This document shows positions 17,146 through 26,543 of a stretch of DNA of 64,000 nucleotides, in pieces. The DNA is from an uncultured virus (IMG/VR IMGVR_UViG_3300030104_004354) (Duplodnaviria; Heunggongvirae; Uroviricota; Caudoviricetes): IMG/VR virus record IMGVR_UViG_3300030104_004354. The stretch is one strand, 5' to 3'. Within the stretch, counting starts at the first letter, position 1. Each line of letters opens with the position of its first letter. Position numbers and translations under genes: made by a program. The notes beneath the pieces were generated by a model. That model saw only the letters and a program-made list of their open reading frames with translations. It had not been told where the DNA came from and searched no databases.

Positions 17146-17733
17146 TTAGTTGATCTTGTCGTAATCCAAGAAGTCGAAGCGGAATGTCACTTCAACTGTG
17201 GAGAAGTCGTTCGTTGCGTAGTTCTTCTCAGAGTATCTAACACCTGTGACATACACACCATACATCTCAATGAAGGCGTGAGGCTCATTAGTGTTATCAA
17301 GCTCAAGAACAGTCATCTTCGCAGCCTTAAACGATTTATTACCAGGACCACCGGGAGCAGACAGTTTTGTCATATCACCTGTAATAGGATCGTAAATCGT
17401 CTTGAACCAATTCCAGAGAGCGGGCGTGGTGTTTGTTAGAAGTTGATTGTCGAATGTGATAGTGACTGCATCTGGTGTGAACTTACCAGGGTAGTACATC
17501 TTATCGTTAAGACGATCAACAACAATGTCATCGACAGCGCCACCGATAGGACTCACTTGCTTGGCGGCAGCGGTGAGAATTTGTTGAGTTTGAGCAAACT
17601 CAGCAGGAAGTCCAAAGAACTTCACTTCGAATTGATATGACCTAACAGCATCAAGCTTTGTTGAAAGCTTAGGAAGGCTCTTCCCAGGCTCAAAGTTCGC
17701 TCTGTAGTCATTCTTTAAAAAGCTATCTACCAT
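17146..17733 (-). CDS. gp19: Tail tube protein (T4 gp19-like)
   Basis: YQFEV, MYYPGKFTPDAVTITFD, LWNW and VEVTFRFD. Directly follows the sheath gene. Confidence 0.88.
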   Translation of the reverse strand: MVDSFLKNDYRANFEPGKSLPKLSTKLDAVRSYQFEVKFFGLPAEFAQTQQILTAAAKQVSPIGGAVDDIVVDRLNDKMYYPGKFTPDAVTITFDNQLLTNTTPALWNWFKTIYDPITGDMTKLSAPGGPGNKSFKAAKMTVLELDNTNEPHAFIEMYGVYVTGVRYSEKNYATNDFSTVEVTFRFDFLDYDKIN

Positions 17734-17738
17734 GATTA

Positions 17739-17745
17739 TATTTAG
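17739..17745 (-). promoter_or_regulatory. Late promoter candidate CTAAATA upstream of tail tube
   Basis: Resembles T4 TATAAATA and recurs before structural genes. Confidence 0.5.
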
Positions 17746-19721
17746 TTAATGGTTGCCGATTGGCTTGTGAGGTTGACCTCGAAGACGATTGTTTCAGCAG
17801 CCTTCGTAGGCTTAATCGTAACCGAGCACCAAAGCTCATTTCTGTCAACTCTCGCAGGAGTATTCGTTGTGGAGTCACACTTAACTGAACCCTCAGTTAT
17901 CGCCCTTCTAGCCAGGAGATCATCCAAGAATGGGTTGATTGCATCCTCAACTAACTCCCAAGTAAACTGATCGTTAGGCTCAAACTGGAAAGGCTTGCCA
18001 AGTTCAAGGAGAACCTTCCTCAGGTAGATCATGAGTCTACGGACATTAACCCTATCCAAGGCAGTAGGCGTTCTCTGAGTAGTTTTCTGACCGAAGATTG
18101 TTATCCCAGTATTAGGGTCATTTGAAATTGGGTTGACCGAGTTAGAATAGAGTGCGTCCCTATCCCCTTGATTAAGTTTGACCTCTGTTTCTGTAGGCTT
18201 CGTAAGACGACCTCGATTGAAACCAGCAGGAGCAAACCATGGCTCAGAAACTGCATCGGTAAAGACGCATTGTCTTGCGGCAAAGATAGTGGGGTCATAG
18301 TATTCTTCAGCACCAGCGAATGAGTTGAAGACCTGCACCCAGGGCCAGTAAACGGCTGCGTAAGAAGAGTTAAGAGCCGAATCTCGGACATCGCTAGATT
18401 GACCGTTGATCCATTGAACGGCATCTTGAACTTCAGCTAAACCGAAAGGAGGTGCAACCAGAGCTAAGAAGTTTTTGGAGGACTCAGCAAGAGTTACGAA
18501 CGCATTTTGAACAGTATCGTCAGTGATACCAGGAATCAACCCGATAGAGACATTTAAAGCGTCATCATCTAAAGCATAGATTCCCGTTTTGGCGGCTGGC
18601 GTTCCAACCAGATCGGAGGCCGTTGTCGCACCACTATCACCACCAGCTAACGGATAAGTCCCCTCAACAAGCTTAAGGAATCGAGGAGTACCTTCAGGAG
18701 CGTTGGTGAAACCATTCAGGCCGATGGCTGCCGCTGTCGTGCCAAACAAGTTTGGAGCATCGTAAGCATTTTCGCCAGTATCTTCAATTTCAACAAAGAT
18801 GTACTCAGACTCATTGTTATCTTCATCAACATTTAACAAGAATTCAATAGACTGTGCGCTAGACGGGCTTAACTCTATTCTATTAAAGGACTCTACTTGA
18901 GAGCCATCATTGTTAATAACAACTTGATCCCTGACAGACAGGTTGTTAATCTCAACGGAAACACCTCTAGTCGAGCCGTCTCTCATGGCACTGAGATTGT
19001 ATCCTGCGCCTGGGTAAATCGAGTAAACATTCGCGTTCACGGCAGAGGCAGTGAGGCCACTGACTGTCACACTGGGACCAACAGGGCTAGTGACAGCGGC
19101 TCCAAAAGCTCCTAAAGATGAGAAACCTAAAGCAGTATCGTTCGAGCTAAGAGTCATTGTCGCACCCGAACCTGCATACTTAGAAGCTAAGAAAACATTG
19201 GAGCCCTCAACAAAGGCATACACATCTTGATCACCCAAAACGTTGGGATTAAAAGCCGCTTCAAAAATCTTGGCTCTAGTGTTATTAGTAACTGAGCTAA
19301 CTAAACTCGCGCTTCCAGTCTCAGTTGTCACACCGGCATTGTCTGTAATTGTGTAGGTTATTGTTGATGGGTTAATACTAGGAGTGTAACCACTTACCTG
19401 GACTGCGGGAGGGGTTCCTAGCGGGACAGTGGCGGAAGCATAAGCGGCAACAGCGGTTGGAGCAATACCTCTAACAAAGTAGAGTTGATTGGTGGCTTCT
19501 AATATCTCTAAAGCACCTTCAATTGCTTGACCTTGAAGCGTGGTATCAGGCTTACCAAACTTTCTGATTAAGTTTTCTTGACTAGTAATTAAAGTTGGCT
19601 TGTTGATCGGGCCTTTATTAGCGAAACCCACTATACCTACAACACTTGAATCAATATTAGGAGTAAATATCGAAATATCGTTTTCAAGAACTACTACGGA
19701 TGGACTGGTTGGAATTGCCAT
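17742..19721 (-). CDS. gp18: Tail sheath protein (T4 gp18-like)
   Basis: SPSVVVLEND, GFANKGP, YAAVYWPW, PWFAPAGFNRG, FGQKT, DRVNVRRL, FEPND. Confidence 0.95.
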   Translation of the reverse strand: MAIPTSPSVVVLENDISIFTPNIDSSVVGIVGFANKGPINKPTLITSQENLIRKFGKPDTTLQGQAIEGALEILEATNQLYFVRGIAPTAVAAYASATVPLGTPPAVQVSGYTPSINPSTITYTITDNAGVTTETGSASLVSSVTNNTRAKIFEAAFNPNVLGDQDVYAFVEGSNVFLASKYAGSGATMTLSSNDTALGFSSLGAFGAAVTSPVGPSVTVSGLTASAVNANVYSIYPGAGYNLSAMRDGSTRGVSVEINNLSVRDQVVINNDGSQVESFNRIELSPSSAQSIEFLLNVDEDNNESEYIFVEIEDTGENAYDAPNLFGTTAAAIGLNGFTNAPEGTPRFLKLVEGTYPLAGGDSGATTASDLVGTPAAKTGIYALDDDALNVSIGLIPGITDDTVQNAFVTLAESSKNFLALVAPPFGLAEVQDAVQWINGQSSDVRDSALNSSYAAVYWPWVQVFNSFAGAEEYYDPTIFAARQCVFTDAVSEPWFAPAGFNRGRLTKPTETEVKLNQGDRDALYSNSVNPISNDPNTGITIFGQKTTQRTPTALDRVNVRRLMIYLRKVLLELGKPFQFEPNDQFTWELVEDAINPFLDDLLARRAITEGSVKCDSTTNTPARVDRNELWCSVTIKPTKAAETIVFEVNLTSQSATIN

Positions 19722-19723
19722 GG

Positions 19724-19963
19724 TTAATTATCTTTACGGGTTTTTCTTTTAGAAGTATGGACAACAGGCACGACCGAAACAGGGTCGGGCACAATTCTAA
19801 TCTTGACCATCCTGCGATGAACCAAGTTCTCTGCGACACTACTCTTCCATTTTTCAGGAACTTCTATCTGTTGTTTAGGAGCCAAGAAAAAAGTCTTTAC
19901 GCCGTCAGGTGCTCCAAAAGGAATACTGAAACCTTGCATACTTGTGTTTTTGACAATTTTCAT
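19724..19963 (-). CDS. Small hypothetical virion-module protein
   Basis: 79-aa ORF with an AGGAG Shine-Dalgarno, co-oriented and immediately upstream of the sheath gene. Confidence 0.7.
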   Translation of the reverse strand: MKIVKNTSMQGFSIPFGAPDGVKTFFLAPKQQIEVPEKWKSSVAENLVHRRMVKIRIVPDPVSVVPVVHTSKRKTRKDN

Positions 19964-19979
19964 ATAAAAGCTCCTACTA

Positions 19980-19986
19980 TATTTAC
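19980..19986 (-). promoter_or_regulatory. Late promoter candidate GTAAATA
   Basis: Intergenic, upstream of the sheath operon. Confidence 0.55.
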
Positions 19987-20013
19987 TATTTTTAAAATGG
20001 AAAGTTGATTAAT

Positions 20014-20514
20014 TTACTGCCCTTGCAATGATAAGTTGGTAATAGTAAGGGTGTTACCTGCTGCTATATCAGTGTCAGTTCCGATATCCCACCAAGCATA
20101 AATTTCTTTGTTATCAGCATAAGTAAAAGCTGAGTTTACAGCACCTGCCTCAACTAATGCTACGTATCTAGCATTACTGAATGCCCCAGAAAATTGAAAA
20201 GCGTTGTTTGCAGTTTGTAAAACAGCCCTTGCTGCACTAGCACTTAGCTGTGAGGCACTTGAGACATCAAAGTTAGCTTGATCTCCCGTGCCATCTCTTA
20301 GAACCACAAGCCCTGAGGTTCCTCCGAGATTACCGGAGGGTAATGAAGATACCACTGTTCCACTAAGAGCGGCTTGCCCAGTTGAGCTAGTATCAGCAGT
20401 GAGGGCGGAGGTTGCTGTATTATTTAATAGAACAACTCTAAAAGTAGCATCTACCGCACCTGAGCAGAAGAACTCTTCAAACATTCTTTGCTTACCTAAA
20501 TTTGTCCAAACCAT
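20014..20514 (-). CDS. Virion structural protein (beta-rich)
   Basis: WTNLGK start and a DIAAGNTLTIT C-terminus typical of small phage structural proteins. GGAG Shine-Dalgarno. Confidence 0.6.
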   Translation of the reverse strand: MVWTNLGKQRMFEEFFCSGAVDATFRVVLLNNTATSALTADTSSTGQAALSGTVVSSLPSGNLGGTSGLVVLRDGTGDQANFDVSSASQLSASAARAVLQTANNAFQFSGAFSNARYVALVEAGAVNSAFTYADNKEIYAWWDIGTDTDIAAGNTLTITNLSLQGQ

Positions 20515-20532
20515 AATATAAAGCTCCAGTAA

Positions 20533-20539
20533 TATTTAG
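20533..20539 (-). promoter_or_regulatory. Late promoter candidate CTAAATA
   Basis: Intergenic, upstream of the 20514 start. Confidence 0.55.
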
Positions 20540-20571
20540 CTTTAACTGTATTCAAAACTAACCTTAAAACA

Positions 20572-20973
20572 TTAGGCATCAAAGTCAGAAGAAGTTGACA
20601 TGCCAGAAGGTAATCCTAAATTAATACCCACATCCTGTGTTGCAATTCTTGAAAGAGTTAGATTCACTCTCCCTGCTGTCATTCCTCTATCTAGCCCAAC
20701 ATCGTTACCAGGGATTTCACCGTCTAACCCAGGATTAATAGTGGCAATGTATTGATTGGATAGCACAGTGATTATGGGTGAGACAGACAAGTTCGTATTC
20801 ACAGCAGGGGGCGCTGATTCAAAATCTTTGTCTTGTGTAATTTGAGTAGCCTCAGCCGCACGAGCAGCAGCGTTTCTCGCCTCATCATTTACAGCATCTA
20901 CACCTCGCGTTAAACTTCTAGTGATATTAGGACGACCACGTTCAACTATTGTGACGTTAAAGGTAATGGGCAT
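20572..20973 (-). CDS. Hypothetical protein
   Basis: TAATG-coupled to the upstream gene in the neck operon. Confidence 0.6.
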   Translation of the reverse strand: MPITFNVTIVERGRPNITRSLTRGVDAVNDEARNAAARAAEATQITQDKDFESAPPAVNTNLSVSPIITVLSNQYIATINPGLDGEIPGNDVGLDRGMTAGRVNLTLSRIATQDVGINLGLPSGMSTSSDFDA

Positions 20974-21626
20974 TATGCGTGGAACTCCTTAATCTCACCT
21001 GTATTAGTAAAGAAGAACTTAGGACTAGGAATGTATGTCTCCAAAGTAACGTTAATAGACTTTTGAATAATTCTGTCTCCTGTGTCTGCTGCTGTAATGC
21101 TGCCTATGTCTTGCTCGCTATTGATAAAGGCTTTATTATGGACAGAAAATTGTGTTTCAATATTAAGATCAGGACTAAACAATGAAAAAATACTAGATCT
21201 AATCATGTCCATATCTGCTTTAAACTTGCACCATATGTTAATGTCGTAGCTAATGTTGACAGGTCTTGGAGGCAAGCTTAAGATTCTTGTCGCTCTTAGT
21301 TTTTTAGTATCAAAATGAGTTTCACTAACGATGTTTTGGTATCTCATCCTTTCTGGGTCGCTTTGAGTCCCAGCCTCTACAATAGTAATCATCGGTAGGA
21401 TGAGTGTGTTGTCTGCTTTTAATCGACCTGCAATCCTCTCAGGATTACCATGAGAGCATTTAACCTTGATTCGATTGCTGTTACCGTCGATGTAGTATAT
21501 GTTGCCAAACACATGCAACATACTACGTAAGCTTTCTTTATAAACATTATCAATGACAGGCAATAGTTTGGTGGTTGTAAGGTCTACTATTCTGTTTCTA
21601 ATAGTCAATGCATCTTTATCAGGCAC
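20973..21626 (-). CDS. gp15: Tail terminator / sheath stabiliser (T4 gp15-like)
   Basis: ILPMITI, PRPVNISYDINIW, DMDMI. Follows gp13 and gp14. Confidence 0.7.
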   Translation of the reverse strand: MPDKDALTIRNRIVDLTTTKLLPVIDNVYKESLRSMLHVFGNIYYIDGNSNRIKVKCSHGNPERIAGRLKADNTLILPMITIVEAGTQSDPERMRYQNIVSETHFDTKKLRATRILSLPPRPVNISYDINIWCKFKADMDMIRSSIFSLFSPDLNIETQFSVHNKAFINSEQDIGSITAADTGDRIIQKSINVTLETYIPSPKFFFTNTGEIKEFHA

Positions 21627-22171
21627 TAGAATCTACCTCCTACTTGATCAGGACGATCAAAGAAGTCTTGATTATGGATATCTTGAGTGTCTCTGAGAAG
21701 TTTAGCATGAACCATTAAATGATAAACTCCATATGCTTCAAAGCTATCCTCTTGAACTTCGAATACTTCAAACTTCATTTCTTGAAACTCAGGTTGAAGC
21801 ACATCGCCAATTGCAATGGAGCGACCCATCAAGTTTTCAGTGTATGATTTGTTGAATACAAACACTTGATCTATCTGCATCTCAACACCAAACTGAGAAA
21901 GATTCTCTTCTATAGGGCGAGGGTCATAGTGTGCCCATAAAGTTACAGGCTCCTGTGCAATTGTTTTCTGCCTTGATTCCTGGTACACATCATCGATGTC
22001 TTCAGATGGAACATACTCAAATACTTTAACACGCGACCCTGACAACTTAATGTTCTCATAGTCCACCATATTAAATAGATTTTTGTCGTTCTTCTTTTTG
22101 AATAACGACAGTCTTGTATCTCTCTCCTCAGGAAAATTAGTAGGAGGTGTGTTTACCTTAAATCTAGACAT
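21626..22171 (-). CDS. gp14: Neck / head-closure protein (T4 gp14-like)
   Basis: ENIKLSG, DDVYQES, LSQFG, GDVL and FEVFEV patterns, plus gene order. Confidence 0.75.
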   Translation of the reverse strand: MSRFKVNTPPTNFPEERDTRLSLFKKKNDKNLFNMVDYENIKLSGSRVKVFEYVPSEDIDDVYQESRQKTIAQEPVTLWAHYDPRPIEENLSQFGVEMQIDQVFVFNKSYTENLMGRSIAIGDVLQPEFQEMKFEVFEVQEDSFEAYGVYHLMVHAKLLRDTQDIHNQDFFDRPDQVGGRF

Positions 22172-23043
22172 TAGAAGATATCAAATAATGCAGGAGGTTC
22201 AATCTCGCTAGTAAGCTCCTCTACCAACATCTCTTTTTCTCTCTGAGATTCAGCAATTAATTCAGCGCCATTAAGTCTAGTGCCTCCACCAGGACCTGGA
22301 AGAGTCGCATACTTGCCTCTAATCCCACCTAGGATTTCTTTGGCTAAAGCCAAAGTATATCTCTGTAGCCAACTCTTATAGGCATGGTGAAGTGTCTCAG
22401 GATCAAAGGCTCTGAATTCTAAAAGAACGTCTTCGTCATTCTCCTCAGGCTTAGGGAATATGTGAAGGAACTTGTTATTAACAAGCTGCCATGTAGACAT
22501 TTGACCTAAAACATTCTTAACTTGCTTTAGGTATTGCTGCATAAGCAAATACTGACTAACATTATAGTTATTAAATAAGCCAGTATTCGTAAAGAACATG
22601 ATAGCAAAATCAAACTCAAGCGAGCCAGGATTCGCGCCAAACTTGAAGAAATCTCTTCGATACCAGCAGTCATTTAAATTGTCAGCAATTTCTTGAGGAA
22701 GCTCATATACGTTGACACCAGCTTCAGTTTTGAATACCGCATATTGAGTCATCCAATCAGGAGCGTGGTACTCTAACTTAGAAATGGCCTCGTCAATGCA
22801 GATTTGAATTTGAAAGTCATCAAGCTCAACATCAATTACAGGATGACCAAGCTTTGCTAAAACATAATCCTTAATAGTTCTGTTAAACGTTTTAAATTCG
22901 TTTACGTCTTTTGAATCCTTGTTGTTAAGATCAGTGTCTTTCGGACTTTTATAATCCTTAAGTCTATCGCCGCCATATTTTCCATATGAAGAGCCATAAG
23001 ATCTAACAATTGGTATTCCGACTTTGTCTCCGTACTCAGGCAT
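22171..23043 (-). CDS. gp13: Neck / head-tail adaptor protein (T4 gp13-like)
   Basis: KDYVLAKLGHPVIDVELDDFQI, WLQRYTLALAKEILGGIRGKY, PGPGG...LNG. Confidence 0.88.
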   Translation of the reverse strand: MPEYGDKVGIPIVRSYGSSYGKYGGDRLKDYKSPKDTDLNNKDSKDVNEFKTFNRTIKDYVLAKLGHPVIDVELDDFQIQICIDEAISKLEYHAPDWMTQYAVFKTEAGVNVYELPQEIADNLNDCWYRRDFFKFGANPGSLEFDFAIMFFTNTGLFNNYNVSQYLLMQQYLKQVKNVLGQMSTWQLVNNKFLHIFPKPEENDEDVLLEFRAFDPETLHHAYKSWLQRYTLALAKEILGGIRGKYATLPGPGGGTRLNGAELIAESQREKEMLVEELTSEIEPPALFDIF

Positions 23044-23051
23044 ATCAAATA

Positions 23052-23058
23052 TATTTAC
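23052..23058 (-). promoter_or_regulatory. Late promoter candidate GTAAATA upstream of the neck operon
   Basis: Located between the capsid terminator and the gp13 start. Confidence 0.55.
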
Positions 23059-23068
23059 CCTAGAAATG

Positions 23069-23100
23069 AAAAAAGGACTCAGTTTAAAACTGAGCCCTTT
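23069..23100 (-). terminator. Rho-independent terminator of the major capsid gene
   Basis: GGGCTCAGTT-TTA-AACTGAGTCC followed by TTTTTT. Confidence 0.85.
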
Positions 23101-23125
23101 CTTCCGTTGTCACTACTCGTTGCTA

Positions 23126-24781
23126 TTAGCTCTTGATCGAGTAGGCTCCTTCGAAGGCGTTGCCATCAGCCTGCGTGTTCCTGAAGATTTCCGGCGACAG
23201 GAAGTCAGAGCCAGCACCAATGATGCGGATCACGCGGTAGAATCGCGAAGCGGGTTGGACCGCGACCTTGCCGTAACGAGTCAGGATGCCCTTTCTCGGT
23301 TGGAAGGTCTCAGGATCCACAACCGTATCCAGCGGTTGGACCGGGATGTACGGGCAGTAGAAGTAGCCAGCGTCCATCGCGTTCGCGCCCTTGTAGGCAA
23401 CGATGATTTCGTCCTCAGGGAACATCGGATCGACAATCAGGTCGTACTTGCCAGCGAACTTACCAACATATTGAACTTGACCAGCAGCCATGTTCGTCGG
23501 GCCATCAACAGCCGGGAGGCCACCCTCAAGCTTCGCAGCCGACTCAAGCATCGATGCGATGACCGGGGAGGTGATCAGGACGTTACCAGGACCACGGAGA
23601 GTAGTCTTGTAGATGTCCGTGCTGGCACGGTTGATCAGAGCCAGAACGTTCGAGAAGACATGGCCAAGCGTTTGCGGAGCAAAGCCAGCAGTGTTGTCCG
23701 AGAATCTCTTGAGATCCATGACAAAGATGTTCGAGTATCTACGGTTGATACCATCACCAACTGTGCCAGTCGAAACATCAGCTTCCTCAGCCGTCAGAGA
23801 CGAGTTGAAATCGTACTCGTAAGCACCCGCGACGAACGTACCACCAGCGACAGCGCCAGTGGATGTACCACCGATGCCGGGGAAGTTGTCCGCATTGCCT
23901 TGGTACAGCGACTCAAGGTACCAGCCACCGAAACCACCACCAAGGGCAGCAGGGCCGTAAGCAATCATGCGAATGTCTTCGATGAGTTCACGATCGATTT
24001 CCAGGTTCATTTCCTTCGACAGGAGATCCGTAAGCTCGGCTTCCATGTCCAGGTTGTGGTACGCCTTGAGGTCTTGAGCAGCTTCCAGGGTCCAGAGGGC
24101 TCTCATCTTACGCTCACGCGCTTGCACGGTCTGCTTTTGAATGTGCAGGTTGACTTCAGGAATCTCTTGGTTGCTCAGTCTTTCAGCCGCCGAGACCGAG
24201 TAGCCAAGGATCGATTCCTCATTCGGGAACGATGCCAGCTTACCACCCATTGTGGTCGAAGGCGATCCGTTTTGATGGTTGACTACGTTCGACACATCGA
24301 AACCACCAGTACCAGTCACGTTATCGAGAAGCAACGGCTCAACGCCAGCGACACCAGGAACACCAAAGGTGCCTAATTGACCAGGAGCACTAACAGAACC
24401 AACCGGGGTCTGCGTAAGGTTGCGCGGCGTGATGTTGAACTTCGAGTACATCACTTGCTCGGTCGTGTTAAGAGCACGAGAGTTACCCATGTAGAAGATC
24501 TGCGAAACCGGGCCGTCCATGGCTTGGGTTGCGCCAATCTTGTTGAACACCAACTCAGGGTAAGTGCGACGGATGAGCGGGAAGGCGAACTTTTGGAAAG
24601 TGCCAATCTTACCTGTAGTCGTAGCCGCAGGGCTTAATGCTTCGTTCATACTCGACTTCGTAAATTCTTTGGCTTGGTTTTCAAAGAGACGAGCGGTCTG
24701 GTACGCGATGTGATCATCCCCGATACCTTCAAGGAGTGGTTCCCAACGCTTCAGTAAATCGTTTCTATCTAATGCGGTCAT
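23126..24781 (-). CDS. gp23: Major capsid protein (T4 gp23-like)
   Basis: KRWEPLLEG, FPLIRR, QAMDGPVSQIF, RKMRALWTLEAAQDLKAYH, EIDRELI, AGYFYCPYIP, FQPRKGILTRYG. Confidence 0.97.
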   Translation of the reverse strand: MTALDRNDLLKRWEPLLEGIGDDHIAYQTARLFENQAKEFTKSSMNEALSPAATTTGKIGTFQKFAFPLIRRTYPELVFNKIGATQAMDGPVSQIFYMGNSRALNTTEQVMYSKFNITPRNLTQTPVGSVSAPGQLGTFGVPGVAGVEPLLLDNVTGTGGFDVSNVVNHQNGSPSTTMGGKLASFPNEESILGYSVSAAERLSNQEIPEVNLHIQKQTVQARERKMRALWTLEAAQDLKAYHNLDMEAELTDLLSKEMNLEIDRELIEDIRMIAYGPAALGGGFGGWYLESLYQGNADNFPGIGGTSTGAVAGGTFVAGAYEYDFNSSLTAEEADVSTGTVGDGINRRYSNIFVMDLKRFSDNTAGFAPQTLGHVFSNVLALINRASTDIYKTTLRGPGNVLITSPVIASMLESAAKLEGGLPAVDGPTNMAAGQVQYVGKFAGKYDLIVDPMFPEDEIIVAYKGANAMDAGYFYCPYIPVQPLDTVVDPETFQPRKGILTRYGKVAVQPASRFYRVIRIIGAGSDFLSPEIFRNTQADGNAFEGAYSIKS

Positions 24782-24783
24782 AA

Positions 24784-25437
24784 TTAACCTCTATAACTGT
24801 TGAGTTTTTCTAACACGCCTTGATTGATCCACTCGTTATCGTGGTTAGCGTGGTTTTCATTTAACTTTTCATCAGCTTCCTTCACTTTGAAGTTATCCTC
24901 ACTGACGACCAGTGCCGTTTCCGAGAGTTTCCTCTCAGCGTCGGTTGATTCTTGCAGACTTTCCATTTGACCTTGGATTGTTTGCAGAGCCTCTTCCAAC
25001 TTTTGATTTTTATCATTTGTAACCTTGGACTGACGCTTAAGGTTAACATTCTCCTTGAGGAGCTTATCAACCTGACGGAGCAGAGCTTGATTCTTTTCTT
25101 CTTGCTGCTCACCAAGGGATGCGAGAACTTCCATACCATTCAGTTCGTCCTGGTGGGTGTTCTCTAATGCAAACATCGAACGGACAGTTTCGAACATTTG
25201 CGCGTTACGGAACGTCTCATTTTCAAGCTCAAGCTCTTTAATGGCTTGCTCTTTTAGTTTTTCGATGTTACCACGAATAAAAGATTGGACCTTCGTGGAC
25301 AGGTCACTAACTTGCTCTTCGACGCGCTGTTCAATAATAACAGCGACAAGCTCAGATACCTTTTCCAGGGTGCTTTCATCCAAGCCCTCTGGGAGATACT
25401 CAGCAACCGAATCTAAAATATCTTTTTGTTGCGACAT
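24784..25437 (-). CDS. gp22: Prohead core scaffold protein (T4 gp22-like)
   Basis: Acidic coiled-coil protein immediately upstream of the major capsid gene. Confidence 0.7.
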   Translation of the reverse strand: MSQQKDILDSVAEYLPEGLDESTLEKVSELVAVIIEQRVEEQVSDLSTKVQSFIRGNIEKLKEQAIKELELENETFRNAQMFETVRSMFALENTHQDELNGMEVLASLGEQQEEKNQALLRQVDKLLKENVNLKRQSKVTNDKNQKLEEALQTIQGQMESLQESTDAERKLSETALVVSEDNFKVKEADEKLNENHANHDNEWINQGVLEKLNSYRG

Positions 25438-25447
25438 GTTAAACCTC

Positions 25448-25488
25448 TATGTAGGTATGTAGGGTATTTGTATTATTTTAATACAAAT
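25448..25488 (-). promoter_or_regulatory. AT-rich inverted repeat followed by tandem CTACATA motifs upstream of scaffold and capsid genes
   Basis: ATTTGTATTA-TTT-TAATACAAAT at 25466-25488. CTACATA at 25462-25456 and 25454-25448. Confidence 0.45.
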
Positions 25489-26045
25489 TATTTCTTCTTT
25501 CCCTTTTTACCACCAGGGGTTACCTTGCCACTGCAAACAGCGGAAGCATACATGTTAGCATAGGCTGAGGGGTAAACATCAAACTTACGCTTCGCTGCTG
25601 CTTTACCTTTGGGGCATAACTTCCCTTCAATTATTTGACCAAGCCTTTCAAAGGCTTCTCTTTTCTTAGCTCTCTTTTTAAATGTGGATACCATAGTTGG
25701 CTTACCTCCTGGATTACCTGCCGCTCTCTTACGCTTAACAGCAGATCTTCTCTGACCTTTACTCATACTTGCAGCCTTTGCAGCAGGCACGCATTTGGGA
25801 TAACCTTTACGTTTTTCTCCTTTAGAACGACCACACGGCTTAAAACCGCCACCTTTCTTAGGAGCACCGATATCAACCCAGCGTTGTTGAACCCATTTAC
25901 GTAAGTCTTCGTAGATGAGAGACTCATTGGCTTCGCTTTTTTTATTCAATAACGCTCTAAGCCTTTTAGCTTGACTGGCATGGAGTTCGACAGCCTTGTC
26001 CAACTCCTTTGCAATCTTGTCTAAAACTTTAGATTTGTCGGTCAT
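25488..26045 (-). CDS. Basic modular phage protein (LRKW...WVDI...PKCVP and YPSAYAN modules, DUF5872-like)
   Basis: Recognisable conserved phage modules, located in the head operon. Confidence 0.65.
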   Translation of the reverse strand: MTDKSKVLDKIAKELDKAVELHASQAKRLRALLNKKSEANESLIYEDLRKWVQQRWVDIGAPKKGGGFKPCGRSKGEKRKGYPKCVPAAKAASMSKGQRRSAVKRKRAAGNPGGKPTMVSTFKKRAKKREAFERLGQIIEGKLCPKGKAAAKRKFDVYPSAYANMYASAVCSGKVTPGGKKGKKK

Positions 26046-26527
26046 TTCTTAGACACCTTGGGCTTCTCATCATCATGACCATTACCATTACCATTGGCAT
26101 CGGATGCATCAGCAGCACCCTCAGACACGATGGATCGTAAATTTTGCATTAAAGCTGTTGCAACCAAAGTTAACAATGCTGAAGCAACTGATACTTGATC
26201 ACTTGGTAATGCACCAAATCCAAGCATTGCAATAAAGCCACCAATTAATAAAACAAGAAGAGCAGGTGTTGTGAGCGCGATGTTAGTGCGAGCTTTCTCA
26301 CTAGCACTCTGAGACAGTTTAAGCTTAGTTAATTCAAGCTGGATCTGATCTCTTTTGATTGCACGTTCGGCAGCCTTTTCTTCTCTCTCGCGAGCGACGA
26401 CAGCTTTGTATTTTTCACGGGCGGCTCTAGCCTCCTCGCGTTTCATTTTCAATGCTGCTTTTTCGTCTTTCACAATAAATGTCTGCTTTGCGTTGTTGTA
26501 ATCGTCGTAGTCTTCATGTTTTGACAT
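26042..26527 (-). CDS. Membrane protein (coiled coil plus two transmembrane helices), holin-like candidate
   Basis: Hydrophobic segments ALLVLLIGGFIAMLGFGAL and VSVASALLTLVATALM. Confidence 0.6.
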   Translation of the reverse strand: MSKHEDYDDYNNAKQTFIVKDEKAALKMKREEARAAREKYKAVVAREREEKAAERAIKRDQIQLELTKLKLSQSASEKARTNIALTTPALLVLLIGGFIAMLGFGALPSDQVSVASALLTLVATALMQNLRSIVSEGAADASDANGNGNGHDDEKPKVSKK

Positions 26528-26543
26528 GGTTCATTCCTTGGGT

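Noticed and set aside
23024..24376. 450-aa plus-strand ORF antisense to the major capsid gene
   Set aside because: It is a shadow of the strongly biased codon usage of the capsid gene. It has no recognisable motifs and runs through the terminator and intergenic region.
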